64,000 nucleotides of DNA. Origin: Octopus vulgaris (taxonomy: Eukaryota). The notes beneath the pieces are model-generated. The model did not search any database. It was not told the origin of the DNA and worked only from the letters and a program-made list of their open reading frames with translations. The stretch lies in contig OX597820.1 in NCBI GenBank assembly GCA_951406725.2, positions 23,746,001 through 23,810,000 on the forward strand, given 5' to 3'. Positions 1 to 11,442 of the stretch are shown here, in pieces (positions within the stretch are counted from its first letter, which is position 1; every line of letters starts with the position of its first letter). The position numbers and the translations under genes were made by a program.

Positions 1-861
1 GTGCAAAAAAGCCAATTGCAGTGCAGAAACCAAAATTAAATTCTTGCATTGGTTATCAAACAAACAAACAAACCAGATGATGTCCAAATGAGTGCAGTGT
101 AATTTTTGCATATTTCTTGATCTATAAATATTTTTGACCTTGTCACCTTAGCATTCTAATCTTCTTTTAAAACACTTCACTGGTCACAATAGCTGAGAAA
201 CACGATCATATTGTTTCAGTATTATTTCCTGTAATGTGACTGAACGACTGTTTTCATGACTAACATTCAACTCCGAGGGAATGGAATGCTTTTCTGTCGG
301 AACTGGCCTCTTTATCTTTTTCAACAAAATGAACAAAGTTGGCCTCGCCAATATCAAAATCCACACTGCACTCAATCTAGTCCTCTGTTGAGTTCTGGAT
401 ACTGAAACTATAGACATCAGTGCTATATACAGTCTGACTGTGAGGGCATATGACCAAATGGCTGAGATGTTGCACTCATGATTATGAGATTGTGGGTTCT
501 GTTCCTGGACTGGGTGGTGCTTTGTGTTGTCAAGCAAAACACTTCATCTCACATTTGTTCTGTAATCACTTCGATATCTGACATGTGGTGCACCTGTACA
601 GGTAATGTCAATTTGATAGAGAGAGTTTGCCAATGTACAGCACATACACCTGATTACTATAAACAAATTGTTTGTGCACGCTATTCTTTAAGAAATTGCT
701 GAACTGTCTTTCTTGGACTATGAGAGACTACCATCACCCTCACCACTATCATACAGTCTGACAGAGACCAGCAAAAATAAATTTAAAGTTATATGATCTC
801 TTCTACGTACTAATTTCTGAACAAGTCCCTCTCCTTAAACCAATGGTATTTTGTTATTTTA

Positions 862-1093
862 AGGCGGCGAGCTGGCAGAAACGCTAGCACACCGGGCAAA
901 ATGCGTAGCCGTATTTCGTCTGCCGTTATGTTCTGAGTTCAAATTCCGCCGAGGTTGACTTTGCCTTTCATTCTTTTGGGGTCGATAAATTAAGTACCAG
1001 TTACACACTGGGGTTGATATAATCTACTTAATCCGTTTGTCTGTCCTTGTTTGTCCTCTCTGTGTTTAGCCCCTTGTCGGTAGTAAAGAAATA
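862..1093 (+). mobile_element. SINE family B (about 230 bp)
   Basis: aggcggcgagctggcagaa ... gagttcaaattcc (B-box-like) ... aaagaaata; approximate TSD ggtatt(t/c)tgttatttt. Confidence 0.85.
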
Positions 1094-1571
1094 GGTATTC
1101 TGTTATTTTATGGTGGGTCCAAGCAAGCAAGAAATTTAATATTTTCTATTATTTTAGCTCTAACAATTGCCATTATTTCAATTAATTTTGAAAATAATAA
1201 AGAATTTAGTGAAATAGCTATTTATTAAGCTAATTTTTGGAATAATCATCAAATTGAAATTTTGTTGGAAAGTTTTAATTTAGATTGCTGTAAATCGTAA
1301 AATTTGTAGAATTTGTACCAGGGGCAATCTCGAGCAGGTTGGTATCAAAAAGGTTTATGAATGCAAGTCTAGTATGTATTGGTTGCATATGGATGGAAGG
1401 TCAAGGAATAGAGAGTGGTATCATCAGTGTAGGAGTGTGTGTGTGAAATGAATGGTAAGAAGGAATGTCATTGGTCTACCAGAGGAAGAATTGGTAAGAC
1501 AAACTGAATCCTGAGATACATCAGATTTGATGTAAGTTGGGAAGAGCAACAACATATTACAGTAGAATGAA

Positions 1572-1799
1572 TAGGCGCAGGAGTGGCTGTGTGGTAAGTA
1601 GCTTGCTAACCAACCACATGGTTCCGGGTTCAGTCCCACTGCGTGGCATCTTGGGCAAGTGTCTTCTGCTATAGCCCCGAAGTGAGTGGATTTGGTGGAC
1701 GGAAACTGAAAGAAGACTGTCGTATATATATATATATGTATGTGTGTTTGTGTGTCTGTGTTTGTCCCCCTAGCATTGCTTGACAACCGATGCTGGTGT
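1572..1799 (+). mobile_element. SINE-A, partial
   Basis: aggcgcaggagtggctgtgtggtaagtagcttgc head; 3'-truncated. Confidence 0.8.
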
Positions 1800-2413
1800 A
1801 GAAAATGTCTAAGCTATGAGACAGGGTACTGATGGCGCCAATAAACTGATAACTTTAGAGGTTCTGATGCCAAACAGAGTTGAAAGATTTGCTGATGTGA
1901 AAGGCAACAATATTGTTTAAAATAAGGGCGTTAATTTATTTGTGTAAGAAAGAAGGTGTGTGCTAAATCTGGTCCTATAGAAACTCTACAAGTAATTACT
2001 CAGAAGATGTATGATTTAACCTATTTTTTTAACACACATATATTTATATTGAAATATACTGTTTCAGTTAATTGTTAAAATAATATTGTCATTATTAGGA
2101 TGATGTTTGGAATATAAATTAACAAGAAATTTTGATGGCAGGTTTTAATTTAGATGACTTTAAAACAAGGAAATTTGTATCATTACAGCTAAGAGCAGTT
2201 TCAGACAGATTGCTATCAAAAGAGTTAAGATGATAAAGTAAATGGCTGTTTGCAGTTGTTCTCATTTCTCTGTGGAGAACTGGGACTGGACCTAAGCCTT
2301 GATATAAGTTAATGGAATAGATTCTGCCATGACTGGTTACTTAGCTGGGTTCATTGTATTTGATGTATGTGGTGGTGAAATAAATGTAGTGAGGAACAAG
2401 AATTAGAGGTTTA

Positions 2414-2905
2414 CCGTAAATCCTCGAGTATAACACGCAGGGGATTTTAGGGGGCTGTACCCCTGAAAAACCTAAACCTTGTGTATAATATGCACCCCTT
2501 CTATAATTTGAGTCAAGGAGGTCTATATAACGTCCTTGGTTTGTAAAACTGTATACGGTAATGTCCCTTATTTATTATTGCATATATAACATAATGCAAA
2601 CGTGTAGCTTTTTTTGCATTTTGTTTGCAGAAAATAAAGAAATAACAGTAATAACGTTTAATAAATGTTGCTTACTGCAAGTTATGGATGATTCTTTTAT
2701 GACTTCATTGCTTTCAGGCTTAGCTTAAGGTATTTTTGCCCGACATCACAAAATGTGTCTGAATAAACATCGCCATACAGCAAATAGAGACTCAGACATT
2801 GCTTACAAAATAATTTTCATTTTTAACGTTGTATATAGTATGCATTAGGGATTTTGACATTTAAATTTTGGGGAAAAGATGCAGATTATACTCGAGGATT
2901 TATGG
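2414..2905. mobile_element. TA-flanked MITE, Tc2/pogo-like termini
   Basis: TIR ccgtaaatcctcgagtataa / ttatactcgaggatttatgg (19/20 match), TA on both sides. Confidence 0.9.
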
Positions 2906-3828
2906 TATGCAGTGAGTGTGATGGAAAGGTACCAGTTTTTGTTTAAGGCATTGCAGATAGGAAGATTTTGCATAATGGAAGTAATGTAAGAGAGATGCCT
3001 GTTAGTATTGTCTCTTTCATTACTCTCTTCTTCTTCCACTAATTCATCCCAGCCACTGTTTCGCCATCATACTCTTTCTTTCGCCTACAGAACAGACATG
3101 GTGATGTGATTTGAGGGAGACTTCGTTGCAATTCCTAATTGTTTAAAAGACCACATAGAAGCTTTTTTTCTTGGTCATAGTTTTAGATGGTGACTGAGTG
3201 TGGTGATTCTTGTAGCCCAGGATGTTTTAAGCACATGCTTTTTATTTGGTCATATCTTTTTTGGTATTTTTCCTTTACCCTATTAATTTTCTTGTGTCTG
3301 ATGGAAAGAAGGAGTCTAAATTGTGAATATTTTGTTATTTTATGTTTTAGTTTTTGTGTAGTTTTTGGTGACTGCTTTTCAAAAAATGCATGACAGGTGG
3401 GTTTCCTCGCTGTTGGAGTGTAGATATGTTATCTGCAGGTTATTCGTGTTAAGTGGTTCTAGCTATTGTTCATGTCGTTAATTACTTGCTATTGTATATT
3501 ACTGTTTGTTTAGTTGTTCTATTTTAGATGCAAATATTTGACAAATATAGGTGGTGTGGGGTGAAGGGGAGTTTGTGGGAGATATTTTCTTTGTTATTTC
3601 ATTTCTTTGTTCTTGATGTTGAACATATATTTTGGTTGTAAGCAATGTTTCCTCTGCAAATTTTGCATTTTTTTTCTCTATTTGCAAAGTATGTAGCCAT
3701 CACTCAAATTTTTTCAGTAAAAAAAAAAAAAGTCCAATTTCAATTTGAAAGCTTTGTGTGCACAGTTTACAGGGGACACTGGTCATGAGCAATGCATTGT
3801 GTTTTACACACATGCAAATAACTGCACT

Positions 3829-4198
3829 ACTCTTTTACTTGTTTCAGTCATTTGACTGTGGCCATGCTGGAGCACCGCCTTTAGTCGAGCAAATCGACCT
3901 TAGGACTTATTCAATCAGTCTCTTTTGTCGAACCGCTAAGTTACGGGGACGTAGACACACCAGCATTGGTTGCCAAGTGATGTTGGGGGGACAAACACAG
4001 ACAAACACACACACACACATATGTATATATACATATATACGATGGGCTTCTTTCAGTTTCCGTCTACCAAATCCACTCACTAGGCTTTGGTCGGTCCGAG
4101 GCTATAGTAGCAGACACTTGCCCAAGGTGCCACGTAATGGGACTGACCCCAGAACCATGTGGTTGGTAAGCAAGCTACTTACCACAGCCACACCTGCA
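3829..4198 (-). mobile_element. tRNA-derived SINE family A (about 400 bp, internal TA/TG microsatellite)
   Basis: Head with A-box (tggctgtgtgg) and B-box-like (ggttcagtccc) motifs; more than 12 copies in the window. Confidence 0.85.
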
Positions 4199-5294
4199 CT
4201 CATCATTATCGTTTAACATCTTTGTTCTATGTTTGGATGGTTCTACAAGATTTGATTAACTTAAGGGTTGTGTTGGTCTGCAGTGTCTGCTTTGGTAAGG
4301 TTTCAATGGCTGGATACCCTTCCTAATGCTAGCCATTTTACAAAGTATATCAGTTTTCCATGACACCAGCACTTGTGGGTTAACTGAGTAACCTGCGAGA
4401 CAAGACTTCTTCACATAGTGGAGGTGCAGTATTCAAGGAGATAGCATTGTGACAGGGGTAGAGAGGCAACAGTAGGAAAGAGAGACAGGAATAGGTGTCC
4501 CGCTGTACAGAAGATACATGGGTACACTTGCAAAAACAAAGGGAGAAAGGAAAGTAGAGATGGTACAAGAAGGTGGATAGAGAACAGGAAGAAGCTGGGA
4601 CAGAGAATTGAGATTGGTTGGGTAGGTGGATGGCGGGGGACGTCAGAAGATACAAGAACAAAAGTTTAGAGGGAACAATGCCCACAACTGAAATGTGCAT
4701 ACTGAGCATTAAGAACTAAGAAATGAAATAATAAAAAAAAATACCTCCCACAAACTCCTCCATAACACCCCCTTTCTTCATACAGTTGTCAAATATTTGT
4801 TTAACATAAAACTACTTAAACAGTAAAACACCAAAGTGAGTAATTAACAATATCAACAACTCTAACTGTAGCCACAACACTTCAAATTTAACAATAACAA
4901 CCTTCAGATAATATATCTATACCCAACAGCAAGTAAACTTCCTTATCAAATGTTTTTCGAAAATTACTTTCTTTGCTTTTTTTTTTTAATCAGTTTGGCT
5001 ATTTCACTTGTGCAATCGGGGTTGTATTTTGTTCCTCGTGTAATATTATTCTTAAAGCATCTGTAATTTTTGTTGTTGAATGTATTTACTGTATTGCCTA
5101 TATTGTGTTTAATGTTCTTGTTGATTTCTGCAAAATTCTCAATTCTGTTTTAGTGGTATGTAAAATGCACTATCTGAATGTGATTGATGCCAGGCCCACC
5201 TGACTTGCTCCCATGCCTGTGGTACATAAAAAGCACCCACTACACTACAGAGTGGTTGATGTTAGGAAGGGCATCCAGCTGTAGAAACAGTGCC

Positions 5295-5468
5295 AGGCGT
5301 AGGAGTGGCTGTGTGGTAAGGTGTATAGTAGCTTGCTTATGAACCACATGGTTCCAGGTTCAATCCCACTGCGTGGCACCTTGGGCAAGTGTCTTCTACT
5401 ATAGCCTTGAGCCGACCAAAGCCTTGTGAGTGGATTTGGTAGACGGAAACTGAAAGATGCCCGTCATA

Positions 5469-5530
<62 letters not shown>

Positions 5531-5723
5531 TGTGTGTGTATATGTTTGTGTGTCTGTGTTTGTCCCCCATCGCTTGACAACTGATGCTGGTGTGCTTACG
5601 TCCCCGTAACTTAGCGGTTTGGCAAAAGAGACTGATAGAATAAGTCCTGTGGTCGATTTGCTCGACTAAATGCGGTGCTCCAGCATGACCACAGTCAAAT
5701 GACTGAAACAAATAAAAGAGTAA
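5295..5723 (+). mobile_element. SINE-A nested inside a SINE-C copy (about 5200-5830)
   Basis: Full SINE-A; the flanks gtagaaacagtgcc | agatcagattggagcc rejoin the SINE-C consensus. Confidence 0.85.
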
Positions 5724-6876
5724 AGATCAGATTGGAGCCTGGTGCAGCTGCTGGCTTTCCAGCCCTCAGTCAAACCGTCCAACCCATGCCAGCATGGAAA
5801 ACGGACACTAAACGATGATAATGATGATGAGTAGAAGCAAACTTTTGTTTTCCTTTTGTGGAGTTTTCAAAATGTTATTTTGTTCATTGATATATGATAG
5901 TACCTTTGAACAGTTTTCATACTGCAGCTTTTGGGAATCCAGCAGGAAAGTGTTATTACAGCTATTTCTGATAGGACCATATGGAGGAGGTGCCTGAGGA
6001 TTCTACCTCTGCAACCCTTCCAGGAGTAGTGGGCTGGCAAACTAGATGGATTGATGTGTGAATATGCCTTGATGGTGATAGAGAGATCAACGGTTGAAGG
6101 ACAGCTGAGGGACTGTGGTTGTAGTTGTTAGGTATTATATAAAGCATGTGATGAATAGTTGTTCTTAGCATTGTGAGGTGTTGCTTCTTTAAGCTATAAA
6201 AGGAAATTTGTAAGGCTATCGCATCTAATCTAGCAGACCTCTGATTAAAGACATTCCAGCTATGACCCTCTACTTTTTTTATATCCAGAAATAATATATC
6301 TCAGATTACATTGTCTGAATTCCCCCATTCTTAAAACTGCAGGTTGTGATTTGAATCAGATTTGGCTGCTAATGCTAGTAGATTAAACTACCATGTAGAG
6401 GTTTACTTGTTTTGTATCTCCCATAGCGGTGATAGTATTATTTTGGGGCTTTTAATTTTTTTTTGTCCCAGGATATCTTGTTTGCACTGAAGTGTTCCCC
6501 AATGATAGTTTTTGGGGAAGTTTTAACTTGTAATTAAAGTTTGTGTAAATGTGGTGGGATTAAAAATATATCTCAGATTCCACTGGTCATCTCCACTACA
6601 TGTCCACACCTTTGTGGGTTTTTTTGTTTTTTACTCATTTCAGTTGTTACATTGTAGCCATGCTATGGGTGTGCCTTGAAGAATTTAGTTGTACAAACCA
6701 AACTCAGTACTGACACCCCAATACTCATTTTTAAAGTCTGGTACTTATTTTATCACTCTCTGTTACCGAACTGCTAAGTTATGAGGACATAAGCAAACTA
6801 ACACTAGTTGTCAAGCAGTTGTGGGGGACACACACACACACACACAGTCACAGACTCACACTTCTGCACAGTTTCT

Positions 6877-7108
6877 TATTTCTTTACTACCCACAAGGGG
6901 CTAAACATAGAGGGGACAAACAAGGACAGACAAACTGGTTAAGTCAATTATATCGACCCCAGTGTGTAACTGGTACTTATTTTATCGACACCGAAAGGAT
7001 GAATGGCGAAGTCGACCTAGGCGGAATTTGAATTCAGAATGTAGCGGCAGATGAAATACCACTAAGCATTTCGCCCGGTGTGCTAACATTTCTGCCAGCT
7101 CGCCGCCT
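6877..7108 (-). mobile_element. SINE-B
   Basis: Family similarity; TSD cacttctgcacagtttct. Confidence 0.9.
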
Positions 7109-7330
7109 TCACTTCTGCACAGTTTCTATCTATCAAATTTACTTAGAAGCATTAGTTGGCTCAAGGTGCTGCATAGTGGGGACTGACCCCCTCCCCCCTC
7201 AAAAAAAATCCCCACATAGTTGCAAAGCAAGCTTCGTAACCTTCTTCCTGCTTTTACATACACTGTCTTTGTCTTAGTCACTTCTCTACAATAATTTCTT
7301 TGTCAGTGTTTCTTTGTCCTTCTTATATAT

Positions 7331-7351
7331 TATACTATTTTGTTATTTCAG
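7331..7351 (+). promoter_or_regulatory. Probable 3' splice acceptor of the gene 1 coding exon
   Basis: Pyrimidine-rich tatactattttgttatttcAG|gg; a near-identical motif precedes gene 2 (tatacttttctattatttcAG|gg). Confidence 0.7.
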
Positions 7352-7383
7352 GGTTTTTGTCACCAATAATGCATTAACGAAGG

Positions 7384-7422
7384 ATGGCATTATCAAGAAG
7401 ATATGCAACGTCAATTATATAA
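7384..7422 (+). promoter_or_regulatory. 12-codon upstream ORF (MALSRRYATSII*) in gene 1 leader
   Basis: ATG 7384 to TAA 7420-7422; same length and register as the uORFs in genes 2 and 3. Confidence 0.55.
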
Positions 7423-7490
7423 CCTTGAAGTCGTTTGTGAAGTTATAAGCAAAGGATTTCAATTTGCATTTAAGGGCAACAGACAGCATT

Positions 7491-9260
7491 ATGGCTGAGG
7501 CTGAGACGTGTAAAAGTGAAAATCAAGTTGATGAAACACAATCTGAAAATAAAGATACACCATGTGAGACAGAGTTAGATGTAACGAAGAAATTGTACAC
7601 CTGTGATGTATGTTTACTCATATTCTCCGATATTGGAAGTTTGACTAATCACAAACATGTACACTCAGAGAAAAAACCATATCTGTGTAATGCCTGTGGC
7701 AAAACATTCTCACGGAAGACTAACTTAACCCGTCACAAACATATACACATAAGAGAAAAACCATGCCACTGTGATATCTGTGGTAAATCATTCTCATCGA
7801 CTGAAAATTTATCTTCTCATAAAAGTACTCATTCAGTTAAGAGACCACACCAGTGTAATGTCTGTGGTAAGCGGTTTCCTAGAGGAGCAACATTAACTCG
7901 CCATAAACGTATTCACAATGACAAGAAACCATATCAATGTGACACTTGCGGTAAAACCTTCTCTCAGAATGGGAATTTAGCTTCTCATAAACTTGTTCAC
8001 TCGGGAGAGAAACGATATCATTGTGATATTTGTAGTAAAACATTCTCCCGGAGTGAATATTTGAAACGACACATACGTGTTCACACAGGGGAAAAACCAT
8101 ATGAATGTGATATCTGTGGCAAGGCGTTCTCTGGGAGTGCGAATCTCACCTGTCATAAACGTAGGCACACAGGTGAGAAACCATACCATTGTGATATCTG
8201 TGGTAAATCATTCTCGACAAGTGGAACTTTATCTTGTCATAAGAGTAGGCATACAGGTGAGAAATCATATCAGTGTGATATCTGCGGTAAAACATTCTCT
8301 CAAAATGGACTGTTAGTTAATCACCGGAGCGTTCACACACGTGAGAAACCGTACTACTGTGACATCTGCGGTAAAAGATATTCTGTAAAAGGAGATTTAA
8401 CACGTCACAGTCGGGTTCATACTGATAAGAAATCTAACCAGGGTGATAAAATCTGTGATAAAAAGATCACTGTCGGTGAAAATATAATCTCTCCTGAACT
8501 GATTGAGATAGAGAAACCACATCAGTGTGATATCTGTGGTAGAAGGTTTTCAGAGAATAGATATTTAATTATGCACAAGCATATTCATACAGGTGAGAAA
8601 CCATATCAGAGTAATGATGTCTGTGATAGAAAGATAAATGAAAATGAAAACTTAAATTCGCACTCGGAGAGATCATACGAGTGTAATATCTGCGGTAAGA
8701 TATTTGCACAGAAGAGATATTTAATTAGGCACACACATATTCACACAGGTGAGAAACCATACCACTGCGACACGTGTGGTAAAGCATTCTCTCAAAATGA
8801 GTACCTGACACTTCACAAACGTATTCACACAGGAGAAAAACCATATGTGTGTGATATTTGTGGTAAAGCATTCTCTACGAGTAAAAGTGCAACTCGTCAC
8901 AAGCGTATTCACACAGGTGAGAAACCATACCACTGTGATGTCTGTGGTAAGACATTCTCCGAAAGTTCGAAATTAACTCGTCACAAAGATACACATACAG
9001 GTGTGAAGCCATATCACTGTAATATCTGTGGCAAAACCTTTTCAGTGAAAACAAATTTAACTCGTCACAATAATATACACAGAGGAGAAAATGCTTGTCA
9101 CTGTGATGTGTGTGGTAAAACATTTTCAACAACTGAAGATTTGTCATCTCATAAATCTATTCATTTAGACGAGAAACCATATCATTGTGATGTTTGTGGT
9201 AAAATATTTTCTGAAAGCAAATCATTATCTATCCATAAATGTAGCCACATGGATGAGTAA
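7491..9260 (+). CDS. Tandem C2H2 zinc-finger protein, gene 1 (589 aa from ATG 7491; 18 intact fingers plus 2 degenerate fingers)
   Basis: Long ORF of CxxC-x12-HxxxH repeats with TGEKPY linkers. The track start at 7464 is a TTG; the first ATG is at 7491 (MAEAETCKSE...), which aligns with the start Met of the two paralogs. Confidence 0.95.
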   Translation: MAEAETCKSENQVDETQSENKDTPCETELDVTKKLYTCDVCLLIFSDIGSLTNHKHVHSEKKPYLCNACGKTFSRKTNLTRHKHIHIREKPCHCDICGKSFSSTENLSSHKSTHSVKRPHQCNVCGKRFPRGATLTRHKRIHNDKKPYQCDTCGKTFSQNGNLASHKLVHSGEKRYHCDICSKTFSRSEYLKRHIRVHTGEKPYECDICGKAFSGSANLTCHKRRHTGEKPYHCDICGKSFSTSGTLSCHKSRHTGEKSYQCDICGKTFSQNGLLVNHRSVHTREKPYYCDICGKRYSVKGDLTRHSRVHTDKKSNQGDKICDKKITVGENIISPELIEIEKPHQCDICGRRFSENRYLIMHKHIHTGEKPYQSNDVCDRKINENENLNSHSERSYECNICGKIFAQKRYLIRHTHIHTGEKPYHCDTCGKAFSQNEYLTLHKRIHTGEKPYVCDICGKAFSTSKSATRHKRIHTGEKPYHCDVCGKTFSESSKLTRHKDTHTGVKPYHCNICGKTFSVKTNLTRHNNIHRGENACHCDVCGKTFSTTEDLSSHKSIHLDEKPYHCDVCGKIFSESKSLSIHKCSHMDE

Positions 9261-9610
9261 GCATAATACTGTGATATCAGTGGTAAAATAATTTCTCAAA
9301 GCAGGCATTTAACTTATCATACATTTGAAAAACCATATCACACCACTGATATCATTTAGTAAAATGCTTCACCAAATGAATATTTGAAATACTCCAGAGA
9401 TATTCATAAAAGAAAAAAAAGAAAATTTGTGAATGTTACACCATGGATAAAACATTCTCTGGAAGGCAAAAATCTTGTTATGAACATATACTTCATGTAA
9501 TAAAACCACCATTGTGATATCTGTGATAAATCATTTTTGATAAATTAATTAAAGTATGTTGTGTCAAAAATGCACACTCAGGTGAGAAACCTCACCAGAG
9601 TGATATTAAT
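9261..9610 (+). pseudogene. Decayed zinc-finger repeats downstream of the gene 1 stop
   Basis: gag TAA gca taa tac tgt gat atc agt ggt aaa matches [11 protein letters not shown]; further relics include ccattgtgatatctgtgataaatcatt and cacactcaggtgagaaacc. Confidence 0.8.
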
Positions 9611-9893
9611 TATTAACTGAAAGTCAACTATTAACTCCTCAGGGTCTCTACTAACTTCATGGAATCTTTGCATGGCTTCCAACTTCACACTGTTCATACT
9701 TAACAAAACTCCCTATAAATTTTCCTTTCTTGTACTTCCTGTTTCACTATCACATAGATACAATCATTCTAAAATCACACTCTTCTGCTGTTGATTCTGC
9801 TCTTTACTTCCTTAAAACTTGTGGATACAGCAACATCCATGCATATCCTAAACATCTACCAGGCTTGCATTTCTCCATGAACAAGCCTCTTAA

Positions 9894-10333
9894 CCCTTTT
9901 GTTACCATGTTTCTATTAAACTACACTGCTTTTGTTTCAATTAATTTATATAAAAAAAACAATGAAGAATTTAGTAAATAATTTTGTTATTAAAACTTTT
10001 GTTTGGAACTTAAATTTACCTAAAATTTTGATGTTTAGGTTTTAATTTAGATCACTTTAGAACAAGAAGCTTTTACAAGGTGTGACAAAAAAAAAACCTC
10101 CCAGATTTATCACTCTTGATAAACATTTTAACAGCACGCACACAGTGTGCACCAGTTCAAATCATAATGGTAATTGAAAGAAAAAAAATGATAAAACATT
10201 AGCTACATGAAGACACTATCTGCCCAGTTTCACTAATAGCATGCCATTGGCTGTATAAAAATATGGAGGTCATTCTGTTGCACCCTGTATCAGAAAACCA
10301 AGGGATAGTCTAAGGTGGCTGGTATCAAAAGCG
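9894..10333 (+). mobile_element. Older piggyBac-like MITE interrupted by a Tc1-like MITE (10076-10287)
   Basis: ttaacccttttgttac ... gtatcaaaagcgttaa; internal ta|caaggtgtgac ... gttgcaccctg|ta. Uninterrupted relatives lie near 2016-2228 and 1160-1355. Confidence 0.7.
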
Positions 10334-11261
10334 TTAAATCGAGTTGTCTTAATTTTAACTCTTTCAATAGGGATATGACAATTCAGTTTCTTTCAACATC
10401 ATGAAGGCGCATTTGTAATCATAAGTAATACATAAAAAAAAAATCACACAGCCCCCTCCTACATTTCACAATCTACAGTGATCTCTCATGACACAGCTTG
10501 CTGTATTAAACATGTTACGCAGTCAGCAACTTGCTCTCTGGAGGCTCATGCTGTTCCTGAAAACATCAACTTTATATATATTGGAAGGATCATATTTGAT
10601 TGCATAAAAGATGCACAGGCATATCAGATGTACCTCAGTTTCAGCAGCACATTCAGGAACAAAAAAATGTTGTTTAGTGGATTAAAACTTATGGGTGGGG
10701 AGACAACTTTGCATATAGGACCTGGGGTGATTTTCTTTTGTAACATATTTTTTAGAAAATAGGTGTCTTATATGCCATCAGGTATGGTGAATATCAGTCT
10801 CATTTATCTAGAAAGTTCTGGCTGATTTTAAAAGAAGCTGCAATCATTTATCCTCTTAGGAGATCCACTGAGTTGAGCCCCTTGTGGGCAGTAAAGAAAT
10901 AGGAAACTAAAAGAAACCTCCTGTGTATATGTGTGTATGCATCTATCATGGATGTATGTGTTTACTTGAGTCTCCTTGTCTCGGCATTGCATGATAGTTG
11001 TAAACAAATGTTACTGTCACACCTGGAGTATCTTTCAATTCCAATCTTCCGTAAAAATGTGTGGCTATGAGGAAATTTTAGCTTGCTTAGAAACAGGAAG
11101 GGCGTCAAATCATAGAAAAATCTGCCCCATGTGAACCTTGCAAGCATGTAAAAAGTGGAAGCTAAATAATAGACAAATGTAATATTTTACCATTCTTTGA
11201 CTCTTTTAAAACATTCTGCTTTATCATATACCAAATGTTACATATAAATAACTGAGAAACA

Positions 11262-11442
11262 GTATTTCATCTGTCGTTACGGTCTGAGTTCAAATTCCGC
11301 CGAGGTTGACTTTGCCTTTCATCCTTTCAGGGTCAATAAATAAAGTACCAGTTTCGCAATGGGGTCGATGTAATCGACTTAATCCCTTTGTCTGTCCTTG
11401 TTTGTCCCTTCTATGTTTAGCCCCTTGTGGGCAATGAAGAAA
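11262..11442 (+). mobile_element. SINE-B, 5'-truncated at the gtatttc site
   Basis: TSD atataaataactgagaa. Confidence 0.85.

Noticed and set aside
3758-4216. Recurrent peptide-like ORFs (FQSFDCGHAGAPP, DTCPRCHAVGLNPEPCGW, LQLDALPNANH)
   Set aside because: Fortuitous frames of SINE families A and C; the recurrence reflects repeat copy number.
7352-7490. Leader as an in-frame coding extension of the ZNF ORFs (KDGIIKKICNV / EDDFIKKTCDI)
   Set aside because: In-frame stops in genes 1 and 2 and a frame offset in gene 2 disconnect it from the main ORF.
7879-9147. Antisense and alternate-frame ORFs overlapping the ZNF genes
   Set aside because: Expected shadows of the 84-bp periodic finger coding sequence.
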